Source: Escherichia coli (GTDB lineage: Bacteria > Pseudomonadota > Gammaproteobacteria > Enterobacterales > Enterobacteriaceae). Taken from it: a stretch of 64,000 bases of DNA. The notes below the pieces were generated by a model. It was not told the origin of the DNA. It searched no databases and saw only the letters and a list, made by a program, of their open reading frames with translations. Shown here piece after piece: positions 10,907 through 27,101 of the stretch. The stretch lies in NCBI RefSeq assembly GCF_003334305.1, contig NZ_QOWS01000013.1, one strand, 5' to 3'. Position numbers and translations under genes: made by a program. How positions within the stretch are numbered: position 1 is the first letter of the stretch; each line of letters opens with the position of its first letter.

Positions 10907-11884
10907 TTATTCAACGAGTATTGGCGATAACCAGTACAACATCGCCAGCCATACGATAAATCCGCCAGTTAATAATACCCCTACACCACGGCCCGGTTGC
11001 GGGGAGCGCCGCCAGCACAGCAACGCAAAAATAATGCTCACCAGCAACATCACGCTGTAGTCACGACTGTACGCCAGTGGATCAATCTCTCCTGGCGTTA
11101 TCAGCGCGGGTAAACCCAACACGATGACAATATTAAAAATGTTTGCGCCAATGATATTTCCGACAGCAATGTCGTTTTCACCTTTGCGAACCCCCGCTAT
11201 TGCGGTTGCCAGTTCCGGCAGGCTGGTTCCGATAGCAATTGCCGTCAGACCCATCGTCAACTCGCTGATGGCAAAGTAATTCGCCAGCACCGTGGCGTTA
11301 TCAACCACCATCCGCGTGGCCACTGGCATGATGATAAGCGCAATGCCGAGCCATAAAAACGCGACGGGCAATCCGCCGTCACGCGGCAGCTCTGCAAGCT
11401 GCTCTCTGGTCAGGCTGTCAGTCCCCTGACGTTCAGCCTGACGTGCAAGTTTAACAATGAACAGCAGCCATAGCACAGCCAGAAAGAGGAGAAAGATACC
11501 ATCGCTTCGACTAAGTTGTCCGTCATAGAGTACGGAACCGGCCACCACGCTGACCAACAACATTAAGGGTAATTCACGGCGTAGAACATCAGAATGGACG
11601 GTAAAAGGACGAACCAGCGCAGCCAGACCGAGGATCAGCAATATATTGATAATGTTTGAGCCGAGGGCTGTACCAACGGCTAAATCGCGTTGTTCGTGCA
11701 GAGACGCGGCAAGCGAGACGATGATTTCTGGTAACGATGTACCAATACTGACCACCGTCATGCCGATGATCAGCGGCGGGATGCCAAAGGTTCGGCAAAG
11801 AATAGACGCGGCAAAAACCAGGCGGTCGGCACTGTAAACGACCAAAAGTAAACCAACAATTAACAGTGCCGTAGCTAAAAGCAT
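10907..11884 (-). CDS. yrbG: Ca2+/Na+ antiporter-family inner membrane protein YrbG, 325 aa
   Basis: Multi-pass membrane protein with duplicated alpha-repeat motifs (GTSLPE / GNIIGSNIFNI). Confidence 0.9.
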   Translation of the reverse strand: MLLATALLIVGLLLVVYSADRLVFAASILCRTFGIPPLIIGMTVVSIGTSLPEIIVSLAASLHEQRDLAVGTALGSNIINILLILGLAALVRPFTVHSDVLRRELPLMLLVSVVAGSVLYDGQLSRSDGIFLLFLAVLWLLFIVKLARQAERQGTDSLTREQLAELPRDGGLPVAFLWLGIALIIMPVATRMVVDNATVLANYFAISELTMGLTAIAIGTSLPELATAIAGVRKGENDIAVGNIIGANIFNIVIVLGLPALITPGEIDPLAYSRDYSVMLLVSIIFALLCWRRSPQPGRGVGVLLTGGFIVWLAMLYWLSPILVE

Positions 11885-12093
11885 CTAACGTCCTTTCTTC
11901 AGGTATACTCGCCGGTCCGCTGAAGATTTTCAGAAAGCCGTAACGGATTCTTAATTTTGACTTTATGCGGCTAAAAAGTAAAACAAATGCCAGCTTTCGC
12001 TAACCACGGCGGGTAATATTCTGTAAATATGTTGGGTTCAAGGTTAAATTGAGCGCCATGCTTAGAAAATCAACGCAAGACGAAGGGTGAATT

Positions 12094-13693
<1,600 letters not shown>

Positions 13694-13697
13694 GTTC

Positions 13698-14249
13698 ATG
13701 CAAACGAAAAAAAATGAAATTTGGGTGGGTATCTTTTTATTAGCAGCACTGCTGGCGGCGCTGTTTGTTTGCCTGAAGGCGGCGAACGTGACGTCCATAC
13801 GTACTGAACCGACCTACACGCTTTATGCGACGTTCGATAACATTGGCGGCCTGAAAGCGCGCTCTCCGGTCAGTATTGGTGGCGTTGTTGTGGGTCGGGT
13901 GGCGGATATTACGCTGGACCCGAAAACCTATCTGCCGCGCGTAACGCTGGAAATTGAACAACGTTATAACCACATTCCAGATACCAGTTCGCTGAGCATT
14001 CGTACTTCCGGCCTGCTGGGGGAACAATATCTGGCATTAAACGTCGGTTTTGAAGACCCGGAACTGGGGACTGCTATCCTGAAGGATGGCGATACAATTC
14101 AGGACACTAAGTCTGCGATGGTGCTGGAAGATCTCATTGGTCAGTTCCTTTACGGTAGTAAAGGCGATGACAATAAGAATAGTGGCGATGCGCCAGCTGC
14201 TGCGCCAGGTAATAATGAAACCACTGAACCTGTGGGTACAACGAAATAA
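13698..14249 (+). CDS. mlaD: MCE-domain phospholipid-binding protein MlaD, 183 aa
   Basis: Start at the internal Met MQTKKNEIWVG; N-terminal membrane anchor followed by an MCE domain. Confidence 0.93.
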   Translation: MQTKKNEIWVGIFLLAALLAALFVCLKAANVTSIRTEPTYTLYATFDNIGGLKARSPVSIGGVVVGRVADITLDPKTYLPRVTLEIEQRYNHIPDTSSLSIRTSGLLGEQYLALNVGFEDPELGTAILKDGDTIQDTKSAMVLEDLIGQFLYGSKGDDNKNSGDAPAAAPGNNETTEPVGTTK

Positions 14250-14902
<653 letters not shown>

Positions 14903-14903
<1 letters not shown>

Positions 14904-15196
14904 TGAGCGAGTCACTGAGCTGGATGCAGACGGGTGACACGCTGGCGTTATCCGGAGAGCTGGATCAGGACGTTCTGCTACCGCTTTGGGAAATGCGTGA
15001 GGAAGCGGTGAAGGGGATTACCTGCATCGATCTTAGCCGTGTGTCCCGCGTGGATACGGGTGGACTGGCACTGCTGCTCCATCTTATCGATCTGGCGAAA
15101 AAGCAGGGCAACAACGTGACGCTTCAGGGGGTAAACGACAAAGTGTATACCCTCGCGAAATTGTATAATTTGCCTGCTGATGTTCTGCCTCGTTAA
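14903..15196 (+). CDS. mlaB: STAS-domain protein MlaB, 97 aa
   Basis: Start MSESLSWMQTGDTL; TAATG overlap with the mlaC stop; ORF-track start at 14807 rejected. Confidence 0.9.
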
Positions 15197-15355
15197 ATTT
15201 TTTCAGGCCGGATATGGCGTTAACCGCCTGTCCGGCAAACCTGCCTGCAAGTCGAGCCTTGTCTGATTTATCAGCGAGGCTTTTTGCTTATTTATGCCAG
15301 CGCAACTTTGCTCTAAGATGTTTCGCTGGTTTATTAACTGATGATTGAAGATCCC

Positions 15356-15610
15356 ATGGAAAATAATGAAATTCAGAGCGTGTTGATGAACGCTCTCTCC
15401 CTCCAGGAAGTCCACGTTTCCGGCGATGGCAGCCACTTTCAGGTTATTGCCGTGGGTGAGTTGTTTGACGGCATGAGTCGGGTTAAAAAACAGCAGACGG
15501 TCTATGGCCCGCTGATGGAATATATTGCGGATAACCGCATTCATGCTGTGTCGATCAAAGCGTATACCCCTGCGGAGTGGGCGCGCGATCGCAAACTGAA
15601 CGGCTTTTGA
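15356..15610 (+). CDS. ibaG: BolA-family acid stress protein IbaG (YrbA), 84 aa
   Basis: Start at the internal Met [14 protein letters not shown]; BolA-like fold and canonical length. Confidence 0.9.
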
Positions 15611-15664
15611 GCTATGGGCGATTCGCCGGTAGCGGATATGAATTGTTAACTGAGAACAAACTAA

Positions 15665-16924
<1,260 letters not shown>

Positions 16925-16971
16925 TCGTCTGAGAGCTGGCAGCCCCGTTCGCGGGGCTACCGCCAGACCAC

Positions 16972-17250
16972 TCATTTTTTCGGTTTAGTGTAGCTACGCA
17001 TCAACTGCGTTCTGTCGATAAACTCATGGGTCTGCGGATCATGGTAGCGTGATGGCCAGATAACCCAGGGGTCAGTTCCCAGGGCTTTCGCAATAATCAT
17101 CTCTCCTTTCGGCCATGGGCGCGATAATGCGTTTGCCAGCGTTGAGGAACTCAAACCATTTCTGCGAGACTCCGCCGCCATTGACGTTCCCTTCTTGCGC
17201 AAACCCGCAATGATGTCAGCGGGATGCCAGTCAATGAAATTACTTTCCAT
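16972..17250 (-). CDS. sfsB: Ner-like DNA-binding regulator SfsB (Nlp), 92 aa
   Basis: Small helix-turn-helix protein; translation MESNFIDWHPADIIAGLRKKG. Confidence 0.9.
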   Translation of the reverse strand: MESNFIDWHPADIIAGLRKKGTSMAAESRRNGLSSSTLANALSRPWPKGEMIIAKALGTDPWVIWPSRYHDPQTHEFIDRTQLMRSYTKPKK

Positions 17251-17477
17251 CTTTCCTCACTCCTTAAGTTAGTCGCTTTCATTCAGAACACTTCTTCTGT
17301 CGGGCATCACTATACTCCTGATGGCCTATTGATCTAAAAAGTTCCTGTAAAGAGTGTGAATATTCAGAATATATAAAGATTCATCGCCCTTTTTTTCAGG
17401 TGTTATAGCGCTGAATTAGTGTTTTTATGGAATTTACTGGAATCATCCCGCGCACTGCGCGGGATGAAGGGAGGGGA

Positions 17478-18449
17478 TTAACGATCGCGTTGAACAGCGA
17501 TGTGCGCGAGGCCGATGAGTGCTTCTCGCCAAGGGGTGTCCGGGAGCACCTGTAATGCTGCGATGGCTTTGTCTGCTTCTTCCTCGGCACGCTGACGCGT
17601 CCATTCAAGAGATCCACAAGCGTTCATTGCTTCCAGAACCGGTTCCAGAAGATGGCGACCGTTACCCTGTTCGATGGCGGTACGGATCATCTGTGCCTGT
17701 TCTGGTGTGCCATGATGCATCGCATGCAGCAGCGGCAGCGTCGGTTTACCTTCGTTCAGATCGTCGCCGACATTTTTACCTAACTGTTCGCCATCGGCAT
17801 TGTAATCGAGTAAATCGTCGATCAACTGGAAAGCAGTGCCGAGATAGCGCCCATAATCCTGCAGGCCTTTCTCCTCTTCCGGCGTACAGCCAGCCAGAAT
17901 CCCGGAACACTGCGCGGCAGCCTCAAACAGACGCGCGGTTTTGCTATAGATAACGCGCATGTAGTTTTCTTCAATGATGTCCGGATCGTTAACGTTCATC
18001 AGTTGCAGAACTTCACCTTCTGCGATGACGTTTACGGCTTCTGACATGACTTCCAGCACTTTGAGCGAACCGAGGCTGGTCATCATCTGGAACGCGCGGG
18101 TATAAATAAAATCGCCTACCAGCACGCTGGCGGCATTGCCAAATGCAGCGTTGGCGGTAGCTTTACCCCTGCGCATATCTGATTCATCCACAACGTCGTC
18201 GTGCAGCAGAGTCGCCGTGTGGATAAACTCGATCAGGGCAGCAATGGTGACATGCGCATTTCCCTCATAGCCAACAGCTCGTGCAGCCAGTACAGCAATC
18301 ATCGGACGAATACGTTTACCGCCGCCGCTGACGATGTAATAGCCTAACTGATTGATCAGCTGGACGTCGGAATTAAGCTGCTCAAGGATTGCCGCATTAA
18401 CACCCGCCATATCTTGCGCGGTTAACTCATTGATTTTTTCTAAATTCAT
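17478..18449 (-). CDS. ispB: Octaprenyl diphosphate synthase IspB, 323 aa
   Basis: Polyprenyl synthase aspartate-rich motifs (LLHDDVVDESD, DDLLDY) in the translation. Confidence 0.96.
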   Translation of the reverse strand: MNLEKINELTAQDMAGVNAAILEQLNSDVQLINQLGYYIVSGGGKRIRPMIAVLAARAVGYEGNAHVTIAALIEFIHTATLLHDDVVDESDMRRGKATANAAFGNAASVLVGDFIYTRAFQMMTSLGSLKVLEVMSEAVNVIAEGEVLQLMNVNDPDIIEENYMRVIYSKTARLFEAAAQCSGILAGCTPEEEKGLQDYGRYLGTAFQLIDDLLDYNADGEQLGKNVGDDLNEGKPTLPLLHAMHHGTPEQAQMIRTAIEQGNGRHLLEPVLEAMNACGSLEWTRQRAEEEADKAIAALQVLPDTPWREALIGLAHIAVQRDR

Positions 18450-18671
18450 CGCAAAAGCCGGGCTTTTCGCCCCGATTACCTTACTGTGAACAAAGGCAAC
18501 TTAGGGTTTATGGTTAGGAATATAGAGTGATTGTACTGAAAAAATGGCACAGATAAACGTTACCGTACAAGTTGTGTTTTTTTTCTTCGTGTATTGACTG
18601 TAGCACTTGTCAAAGGCGTGCGTTTTGCGTAATATTCGCGCCCTATTGTGAATATTTATAGCGCACTCTGA

Positions 18672-19297
<626 letters not shown>

Positions 19298-19322
19298 GTT
19301 TTTCGCGTCCCGGTAACGGATG

Positions 19323-19352
19323 AAAGCCCCGCAACACGTTGCGGGGCTTTTT
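19323..19352 (+). terminator. Rho-independent terminator after rpmA
   Basis: Hairpin AGCCCCGCAACACGTTGCGGGGCT followed by a T tract. Confidence 0.7.
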
Positions 19353-19423
19353 ACATTCGATAACCGGTAAAAATGCGCATGGTGCGACGTTAATCCGCAA
19401 ATGCGCTTTGCAGGGAATACGGT

Positions 19424-20389
19424 ATGAAGCAGCAGGCAGGCATTGGCATTCTTTTGGCGCTCACCACAGCAATTTGCTGGGGGGCGTTGCCAATCGCAAT
19501 GAAGCAGGTGCTGGAGGTGATGGAACCTCCGACAATCGTGTTTTACCGTTTCTTGATGGCGAGTATTGGCCTTGGTGCCATTCTTGCGGTGAAGAAGAGG
19601 TTGCCGCCATTACGCGTGTTTCGTAAGCCACGCTGGTTGATTTTGTTGGCAGTGGCGACCGCCGGGCTGTTTGGGAACTTCATCCTGTTCAGCTCATCCT
19701 TGCAATACCTGAGTCCGACCGCTTCGCAGGTGATTGGGCAACTCTCGCCAGTTGGCATGATGGTTGCCAGCGTATTTATCCTGAAAGAGAAAATGCGCAG
19801 CACTCAGGTTGTAGGGGCATTGATGCTCCTGAGCGGCCTGGTGATGTTTTTTAACACCAGTCTGGTCGAGATATTTACAAAGCTCACCGATTACACCTGG
19901 GGAGTTATCTTTGGGGTCGGTGCGGCGACGGTTTGGGTGAGTTATGGCGTGGCGCAAAAGGTTTTATTGCGTCGGCTGGCCTCACCGCAGATCCTGTTTT
20001 TACTGTACACTTTATGTACAATTGCGCTCTTCCCTCTGGCAAAGCCTGGAGTGATAGCGCAGCTTAGCCACTGGCAGCTCGCATGTTTAATTTTTTGCGG
20101 ACTGAATACATTGGTAGGATATGGCGCCCTGGCGGAAGCGATGGCTCGCTGGCAGGCAGCGCAGGTGAGCGCGATCATCACGCTCACCCCACTGTTTACG
20201 CTGTTTTTTTCAGATCTTTTATCACTGGCCTGGCCCGATTTCTTCGCCAGACCGATGTTAAACCTTTTAGGTTATCTCGGTGCGTTTGTCGTGGTTGCGG
20301 GCGCGATGTATTCCGCCATTGGTCATCGTATTTGGGGCGGATTACGTAAGCATACAACGGTGGTATCGCAACCCCGCGCAGGCGAATGA
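19424..20389 (+). CDS. yhbE: EamA/DMT-family inner membrane transporter YhbE, 321 aa
   Basis: Ten-TM drug/metabolite transporter-like translation. Confidence 0.9.
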   Translation: MKQQAGIGILLALTTAICWGALPIAMKQVLEVMEPPTIVFYRFLMASIGLGAILAVKKRLPPLRVFRKPRWLILLAVATAGLFGNFILFSSSLQYLSPTASQVIGQLSPVGMMVASVFILKEKMRSTQVVGALMLLSGLVMFFNTSLVEIFTKLTDYTWGVIFGVGAATVWVSYGVAQKVLLRRLASPQILFLLYTLCTIALFPLAKPGVIAQLSHWQLACLIFCGLNTLVGYGALAEAMARWQAAQVSAIITLTPLFTLFFSDLLSLAWPDFFARPMLNLLGYLGAFVVVAGAMYSAIGHRIWGGLRKHTTVVSQPRAGE

Positions 20390-21577
<1,188 letters not shown>

Positions 21578-21582
21578 TCAGC

Positions 21583-21614
21583 AAAACCCCGGCCATGTGC
21601 CGGGGTTTCTTTTT
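21583..21614. terminator. Bidirectional rho-independent terminator between convergent obgE and dacB
   Basis: Hairpin CCCCGGCCATGTGCCGGGG flanked by an A-run on one side and a T-run on the other. Confidence 0.7.
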
Positions 21615-21616
21615 GA

Positions 21617-23050
21617 CTAATTGTTCTGATAAATATCTTTATACAAACGGCTTTCAAAACGCACTAACGGAATACGGCGATTACGCTGATCCGCCGGTTC
21701 TACTGCATAGCCAGAAAGATATTGTACAAACGCCATTCGTTGCCCGCTCGCTGTGGTAATGAATCCCGCCAGGTTATATACCCCCTGCAACGAACCGGTT
21801 TTCGCTGAGACTTTTCCATCCACGCCCGCCTGATGCAGACCTGCACGGTACTGCAAAGAGCCGTCATAGCCCGCAAGCGGCAGCATGGAGATAAAGTTAA
21901 GTTCATTGTCGTGTTGGGCAATGTATTGCAGCACCTGCATCATGGTGGCGGGGGCAATCAGGTTATGCCGCGAAAGCCCTGAACCATCGGCAATAATGGT
22001 GTTTCCAATATCGACACCGGCTTGCTGGCGCAGGATCTGACGCACGGCGTCCGACCCGGCCCGCCATGTTCCAGGCACATTGAAGCGCGCATGGCCTATC
22101 ATGCGGAAAACCGTATCGGCGATCATGTTGTCCGACTTTTTCAGCATAATCTTAAGCAGATCGTGCAACGGGGCCGACTGTTTACTGGCAACTACCGTTC
22201 CAGGTTCGTTAACCTGAGTCTGGCGCAGCAGTGTTCCGCTCCAGGTGATACCTGCCTGTTTTAACTCATCTTTCAGAATTGCCCCGGCATAGCTGGCTCC
22301 ATCCTGCACGGCAAAAGCCAACGGGAGCGGCTCAGAACGTTGTGGCAGGCATCCCGTCAGCGTAAAGCGGTTCAGGTCGCCTGGTACGACATCCAGTTCG
22401 CAGTATTGCGCTTCGGCAGAACCTCGGGGGAGGGTGCGTACCTGGCTGAACATCGTAACGGGGTAATAAGATGCCACGCGTATAAAAGCCATATCACCAG
22501 GTTTTGGGGCACTGTAGAGCGAGACGGAGAAACAGTTGCGGTCAACTATGGCAGCGGCAGGCGGAGCGCTAAAGCATTGTGTCATGTCATTCCATGGCCA
22601 GCCGGGGGCTTTATCGTGGCTGGCGAAAATGGAGGTATCTATCAACACATTGCCATCGATTTGGTTGACGCCAGATTTTTTCAAAGTCGCGACCATATTG
22701 CGAATATCCTGACGTTTTAACGTCGGATCGGCACCAAATCGCGCCACTAAGTCACCCTTAAGTACGCCGTTTTCCACATTGCCTTTGGTTTCAAGCGTCG
22801 TGGTGAAACGAAAATCGGGGCCGAGTTGAATCAACGCCGCCAGCGCAGTAATCACTTTCTGCGTACTGGCGGGCAGCGCCATCTGCTGACTGTGGTAATC
22901 AATAGCGGGGGCCGACGCGCCGACTTTTTGCACCATCAGGGCAAGGTTGGCACCAGCGGGGAGTTGAGTAACGTACTCATCAACATTCGCGGCCTGAACA
23001 CTGAACGCTATACAGCTGGTCAATCCGATGATAAATCTGGAAAATCGCAT
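21617..23050 (-). CDS. dacB: D-alanyl-D-alanine carboxypeptidase/endopeptidase PBP4 DacB, 477 aa
   Basis: Signal peptide plus SxxK-containing PBP4 translation (PASTQK). Confidence 0.96.
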   Translation of the reverse strand: MRFSRFIIGLTSCIAFSVQAANVDEYVTQLPAGANLALMVQKVGASAPAIDYHSQQMALPASTQKVITALAALIQLGPDFRFTTTLETKGNVENGVLKGDLVARFGADPTLKRQDIRNMVATLKKSGVNQIDGNVLIDTSIFASHDKAPGWPWNDMTQCFSAPPAAAIVDRNCFSVSLYSAPKPGDMAFIRVASYYPVTMFSQVRTLPRGSAEAQYCELDVVPGDLNRFTLTGCLPQRSEPLPLAFAVQDGASYAGAILKDELKQAGITWSGTLLRQTQVNEPGTVVASKQSAPLHDLLKIMLKKSDNMIADTVFRMIGHARFNVPGTWRAGSDAVRQILRQQAGVDIGNTIIADGSGLSRHNLIAPATMMQVLQYIAQHDNELNFISMLPLAGYDGSLQYRAGLHQAGVDGKVSAKTGSLQGVYNLAGFITTASGQRMAFVQYLSGYAVEPADQRNRRIPLVRFESRLYKDIYQNN

Positions 23051-23170
23051 AATCTCGCGCTAACAACCTGGAATCGAGCCGTCATACTACGGCGCAACGC
23101 CCTATAAAGTAAACGATGACCCTTCGGGAACTTCAGGGTAAAATGACTATCAAAATGTGAATTGTAGCTG

Positions 23171-23203
23171 ACCTGGGACTTGTACCCGGGTCGGTATTTT
23201 TTT
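23171..23203 (+). terminator. Terminator/attenuator hairpin in the greA leader (source of GraL short transcripts)
   Basis: Hairpin ACCTGGGACTTGTACCCGGGT followed by T7, about 95 nt upstream of the greA ATG. Confidence 0.5.
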
Positions 23204-23297
23204 GCTTCTGGTCCCGGTGAGGAGTTATGCCGGGCAGGCCGAACAGCCGGGGTGGGTGAAGACTTGCCCCATCAGGAATATTCAAGAGGTATAACAA

Positions 23298-23774
<477 letters not shown>

Positions 23775-23817
23775 GAATTACCCAATACTCAAGATGTTGA
23801 TGTATTGTAAAGAAAGG

Positions 23818-23846
23818 AAAAAGGCCGCTATGCGGCCTTTTATCAA
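23818..23846. terminator. Bidirectional terminator between convergent greA and yhbY
   Basis: Hairpin GGCCGCTATGCGGCC flanked by A and T runs. Confidence 0.65.
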
Positions 23847-23929
23847 CGAACAGAGCGTGGCATTTTGCTCTCCTGCCTGCGGAAAACCCCTCGTTTTACA
23901 CAGCAAATGTGTGTAACTTTAGGATAATC

Positions 23930-24223
23930 TTAGCGTGGCAGCGAGATTTTACGTTCTTTAGTTGGGCGATAAAGCACCAGCGTTTTACCGATGACCTGTA
24001 CATTACAGGCGCCGGTTTCGCGCACGATAGCTTCCACGATCAAGGTTTTAGTTTCGCGATCTTCGGTGGCGATTTTCACCTTGATGAGTTCATGGTGCTC
24101 TAACGCTTGTTCAATCTCGGCCAGCACCCCTTCGGTCAAACCATTACTGCCAAGCAGAACAACTGGCTTGAGCGGATGTGCCAGACCTTTCAGGTGCTGT
24201 TTTTGTTTAGTACTCAGATTCAT
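23930..24223 (-). CDS. yhbY: CRS1/YhbY-type RNA-binding ribosome assembly factor YhbY, 97 aa
   Basis: Translation MNLSTKQKQHLKGLAHPLKPVVLLG. Confidence 0.93.
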   Translation of the reverse strand: MNLSTKQKQHLKGLAHPLKPVVLLGSNGLTEGVLAEIEQALEHHELIKVKIATEDRETKTLIVEAIVRETGACNVQVIGKTLVLYRPTKERKISLPR

Positions 24224-24348
24224 CGTATTTTTTGCTTACGTTGGGATTGAAAACGGGTCATTCTACCGCCATCTCCCATATATCACCAAATAGGCGCGTA
24301 AAAATTTACGCAATTGGTTACGATGAGTTATCCCCATGGGAAAGTTAA

Positions 24349-24978
24349 ATGACAGGTAAGAAGCGTTCTGCCAGCTCCAGCCGCTGGCTTCAGGAACACT
24401 TTAGCGATAAATATGTTCAACAGGCACAGAAAAAGGGGTTACGTTCCCGTGCCTGGTTTAAACTTGATGAAATACAGCAAAGTGACAAACTCTTTAAACC
24501 GGGAATGACGGTTGTCGACCTTGGTGCTGCTCCGGGTGGTTGGTCACAATATGTGGTCACCCAAATTGGCGGCAAAGGCCGCATCATCGCTTGCGATCTT
24601 TTACCTATGGATCCTATCGTTGGTGTGGACTTTCTTCAGGGCGATTTTCGTGATGAACTGGTGATGAAAGCACTGCTGGAGCGCGTTGGCGACAGCAAAG
24701 TCCAGGTTGTCATGTCCGATATGGCACCAAACATGAGCGGAACACCGGCGGTGGATATCCCCCGTGCCATGTATCTGGTGGAACTGGCGTTAGAAATGTG
24801 TCGTGATGTATTAGCGCCAGGTGGCAGTTTTGTAGTGAAGGTGTTCCAGGGCGAAGGTTTCGATGAGTATCTAAGGGAAATTCGCTCCCTGTTTACGAAG
24901 GTCAAAGTTCGTAAGCCGGACTCTTCTCGTGCACGTTCGCGGGAAGTGTATATTGTAGCGACCGGGCGTAAACCCTAA
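24349..24978 (+). CDS. rlmE: 23S rRNA U2552 2'-O-methyltransferase RlmE (FtsJ/RrmJ), 209 aa
   Basis: SAM-binding motif [14 protein letters not shown] in the translation. Confidence 0.96.
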
Positions 24979-25077
24979 CCGGGAGATTTCAGACGAAAGT
25001 TTGAAAGATGCTGGATATAGAGTATCCTGACGCTGTTTTTAACACAGTTGTAATAAGAGGTTAATCCCTTGAGTGAC

Positions 25078-27012
25078 ATGGCGAAAAACCTAATACTCTG
25101 GCTGGTCATTGCCGTTGTGCTGATGTCAGTATTCCAGAGCTTTGGGCCCAGCGAGTCTAATGGCCGTAAGGTGGATTACTCTACCTTCCTACAAGAGGTC
25201 AATAACGACCAGGTTCGTGAAGCGCGTATCAACGGACGTGAAATCAACGTTACCAAGAAAGATAGTAACCGTTATACCACTTACATTCCGGTTCAGGATC
25301 CGAAATTACTGGATAACCTGTTGACCAAGAACGTCAAGGTTGTCGGTGAACCGCCTGAAGAACCAAGCCTGCTGGCTTCTATCTTCATCTCCTGGTTCCC
25401 GATGCTGTTGCTGATTGGTGTCTGGATCTTCTTCATGCGTCAAATGCAGGGCGGCGGTGGCAAAGGTGCCATGTCGTTTGGTAAGAGCAAAGCGCGCATG
25501 CTGACGGAAGATCAGATCAAAACGACCTTTGCTGACGTTGCGGGCTGCGACGAAGCAAAAGAAGAAGTTGCTGAACTGGTAGAGTATCTGCGCGAGCCGA
25601 GCCGCTTCCAGAAACTCGGCGGTAAGATCCCGAAAGGCGTCCTGATGGTCGGTCCTCCGGGTACCGGTAAAACGTTGCTGGCGAAAGCGATTGCAGGCGA
25701 AGCGAAAGTTCCGTTCTTTACTATCTCCGGTTCTGACTTCGTAGAAATGTTCGTCGGTGTGGGTGCATCCCGTGTTCGTGACATGTTCGAACAGGCGAAG
25801 AAAGCGGCACCGTGCATCATCTTTATCGATGAAATCGACGCCGTAGGCCGCCAGCGTGGCGCTGGTCTGGGCGGTGGTCACGATGAACGTGAACAGACTC
25901 TGAACCAGATGCTGGTTGAGATGGATGGCTTCGAAGGTAACGAAGGTATCATCGTTATCGCCGCGACTAACCGTCCGGACGTTCTCGACCCGGCCCTGCT
26001 GCGTCCTGGCCGTTTCGACCGTCAGGTTGTGGTCGGCTTGCCAGATGTTCGCGGTCGTGAGCAGATCCTGAAAGTTCACATGCGTCGCGTACCATTGGCC
26101 CCCGATATCGACGCGGCAATCATTGCCCGTGGTACTCCTGGTTTCTCCGGTGCTGACCTGGCGAACCTGGTGAACGAAGCGGCACTGTTCGCTGCTCGTG
26201 GCAACAAACGCGTTGTGTCGATGGTTGAGTTCGAGAAAGCGAAAGACAAAATCATGATGGGTGCGGAACGTCGCTCCATGGTGATGACGGAAGCGCAGAA
26301 AGAATCAACGGCTTACCACGAAGCGGGTCATGCGATTATCGGTCGCCTGGTGCCGGAACACGATCCGGTGCACAAAGTGACGATTATCCCACGCGGTCGT
26401 GCGCTGGGTGTGACTTTCTTCTTGCCTGAGGGCGACGCAATCAGCGCCAGCCGTCAGAAACTGGAAAGCCAGATTTCTACGCTGTACGGTGGTCGTCTGG
26501 CAGAAGAGATCATCTATGGGCCGGAACATGTTTCTACCGGTGCGTCCAACGATATTAAAGTTGCGACCAATCTGGCACGTAACATGGTGACCCAGTGGGG
26601 CTTCTCTGAGAAATTGGGTCCACTGCTGTACGCGGAAGAAGAAGGTGAAGTATTCCTCGGCCGTAGCGTAGCGAAAGCGAAACATATGTCCGATGAAACT
26701 GCACGTATCATCGACCAGGAAGTGAAAGCACTGATTGAGCGTAACTATAATCGTGCGCGTCAGCTTCTGACCGACAATATGGATATTCTGCATGCGATGA
26801 AAGATGCTCTCATGAAATATGAGACTATCGACGCACCGCAGATTGATGACCTGATGGCACGTCGCGATGTACGTCCGCCAGCGGGCTGGGAAGAACCAGG
26901 CGCTTCTAACAATTCTGGCGACAATGGTAGTCCAAAGGCTCCTCGTCCGGTTGATGAACCGCGTACGCCGAACCCGGGTAACACCATGTCAGAGCAGTTA
27001 GGCGACAAGTAA
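25078..27012 (+). CDS. ftsH: ATP-dependent zinc metalloprotease FtsH (HflB), 644 aa from the ATG (647 aa if the upstream TTG at 25069 is used)
   Basis: Walker [12 protein letters not shown] region and zinc site HEAGH in the translation; two TM segments at the N-terminus. Confidence 0.96.
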
Positions 27013-27043
27013 GTTCCCGCATCAGATGACTGTATTTGTACCG

Positions 27044-27076
27044 AAAACCCCGGGGCGTGCTCCGGGGTTTTTTCTT
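27044..27076 (+). terminator. Rho-independent terminator downstream of ftsH
   Basis: Hairpin CCCCGGGGCGTGCTCCGGGG followed by a T6 tract. Confidence 0.7.
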
Positions 27077-27101
27077 ATCAATTCATACCAGGGATAACAT
27101 C

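Noticed and set aside
16932-16960. Hairpin AGCCCCGTTCGCGGGGCT between convergent murA and sfsB as a terminator
   Set aside because: No adjacent T tract on either strand at the right distance; kept only as a possible weak or rho-dependent site, not annotated.
17396-17617. 73-aa minus-strand ORF overlapping the ispB 3' end and the sfsB-ispB spacer
   Set aside because: Out of frame with ispB and overlapping it; no supporting signals.
25306-26079. 257-aa minus-strand ORF antisense to ftsH
   Set aside because: Shadow ORF inside an essential conserved gene.
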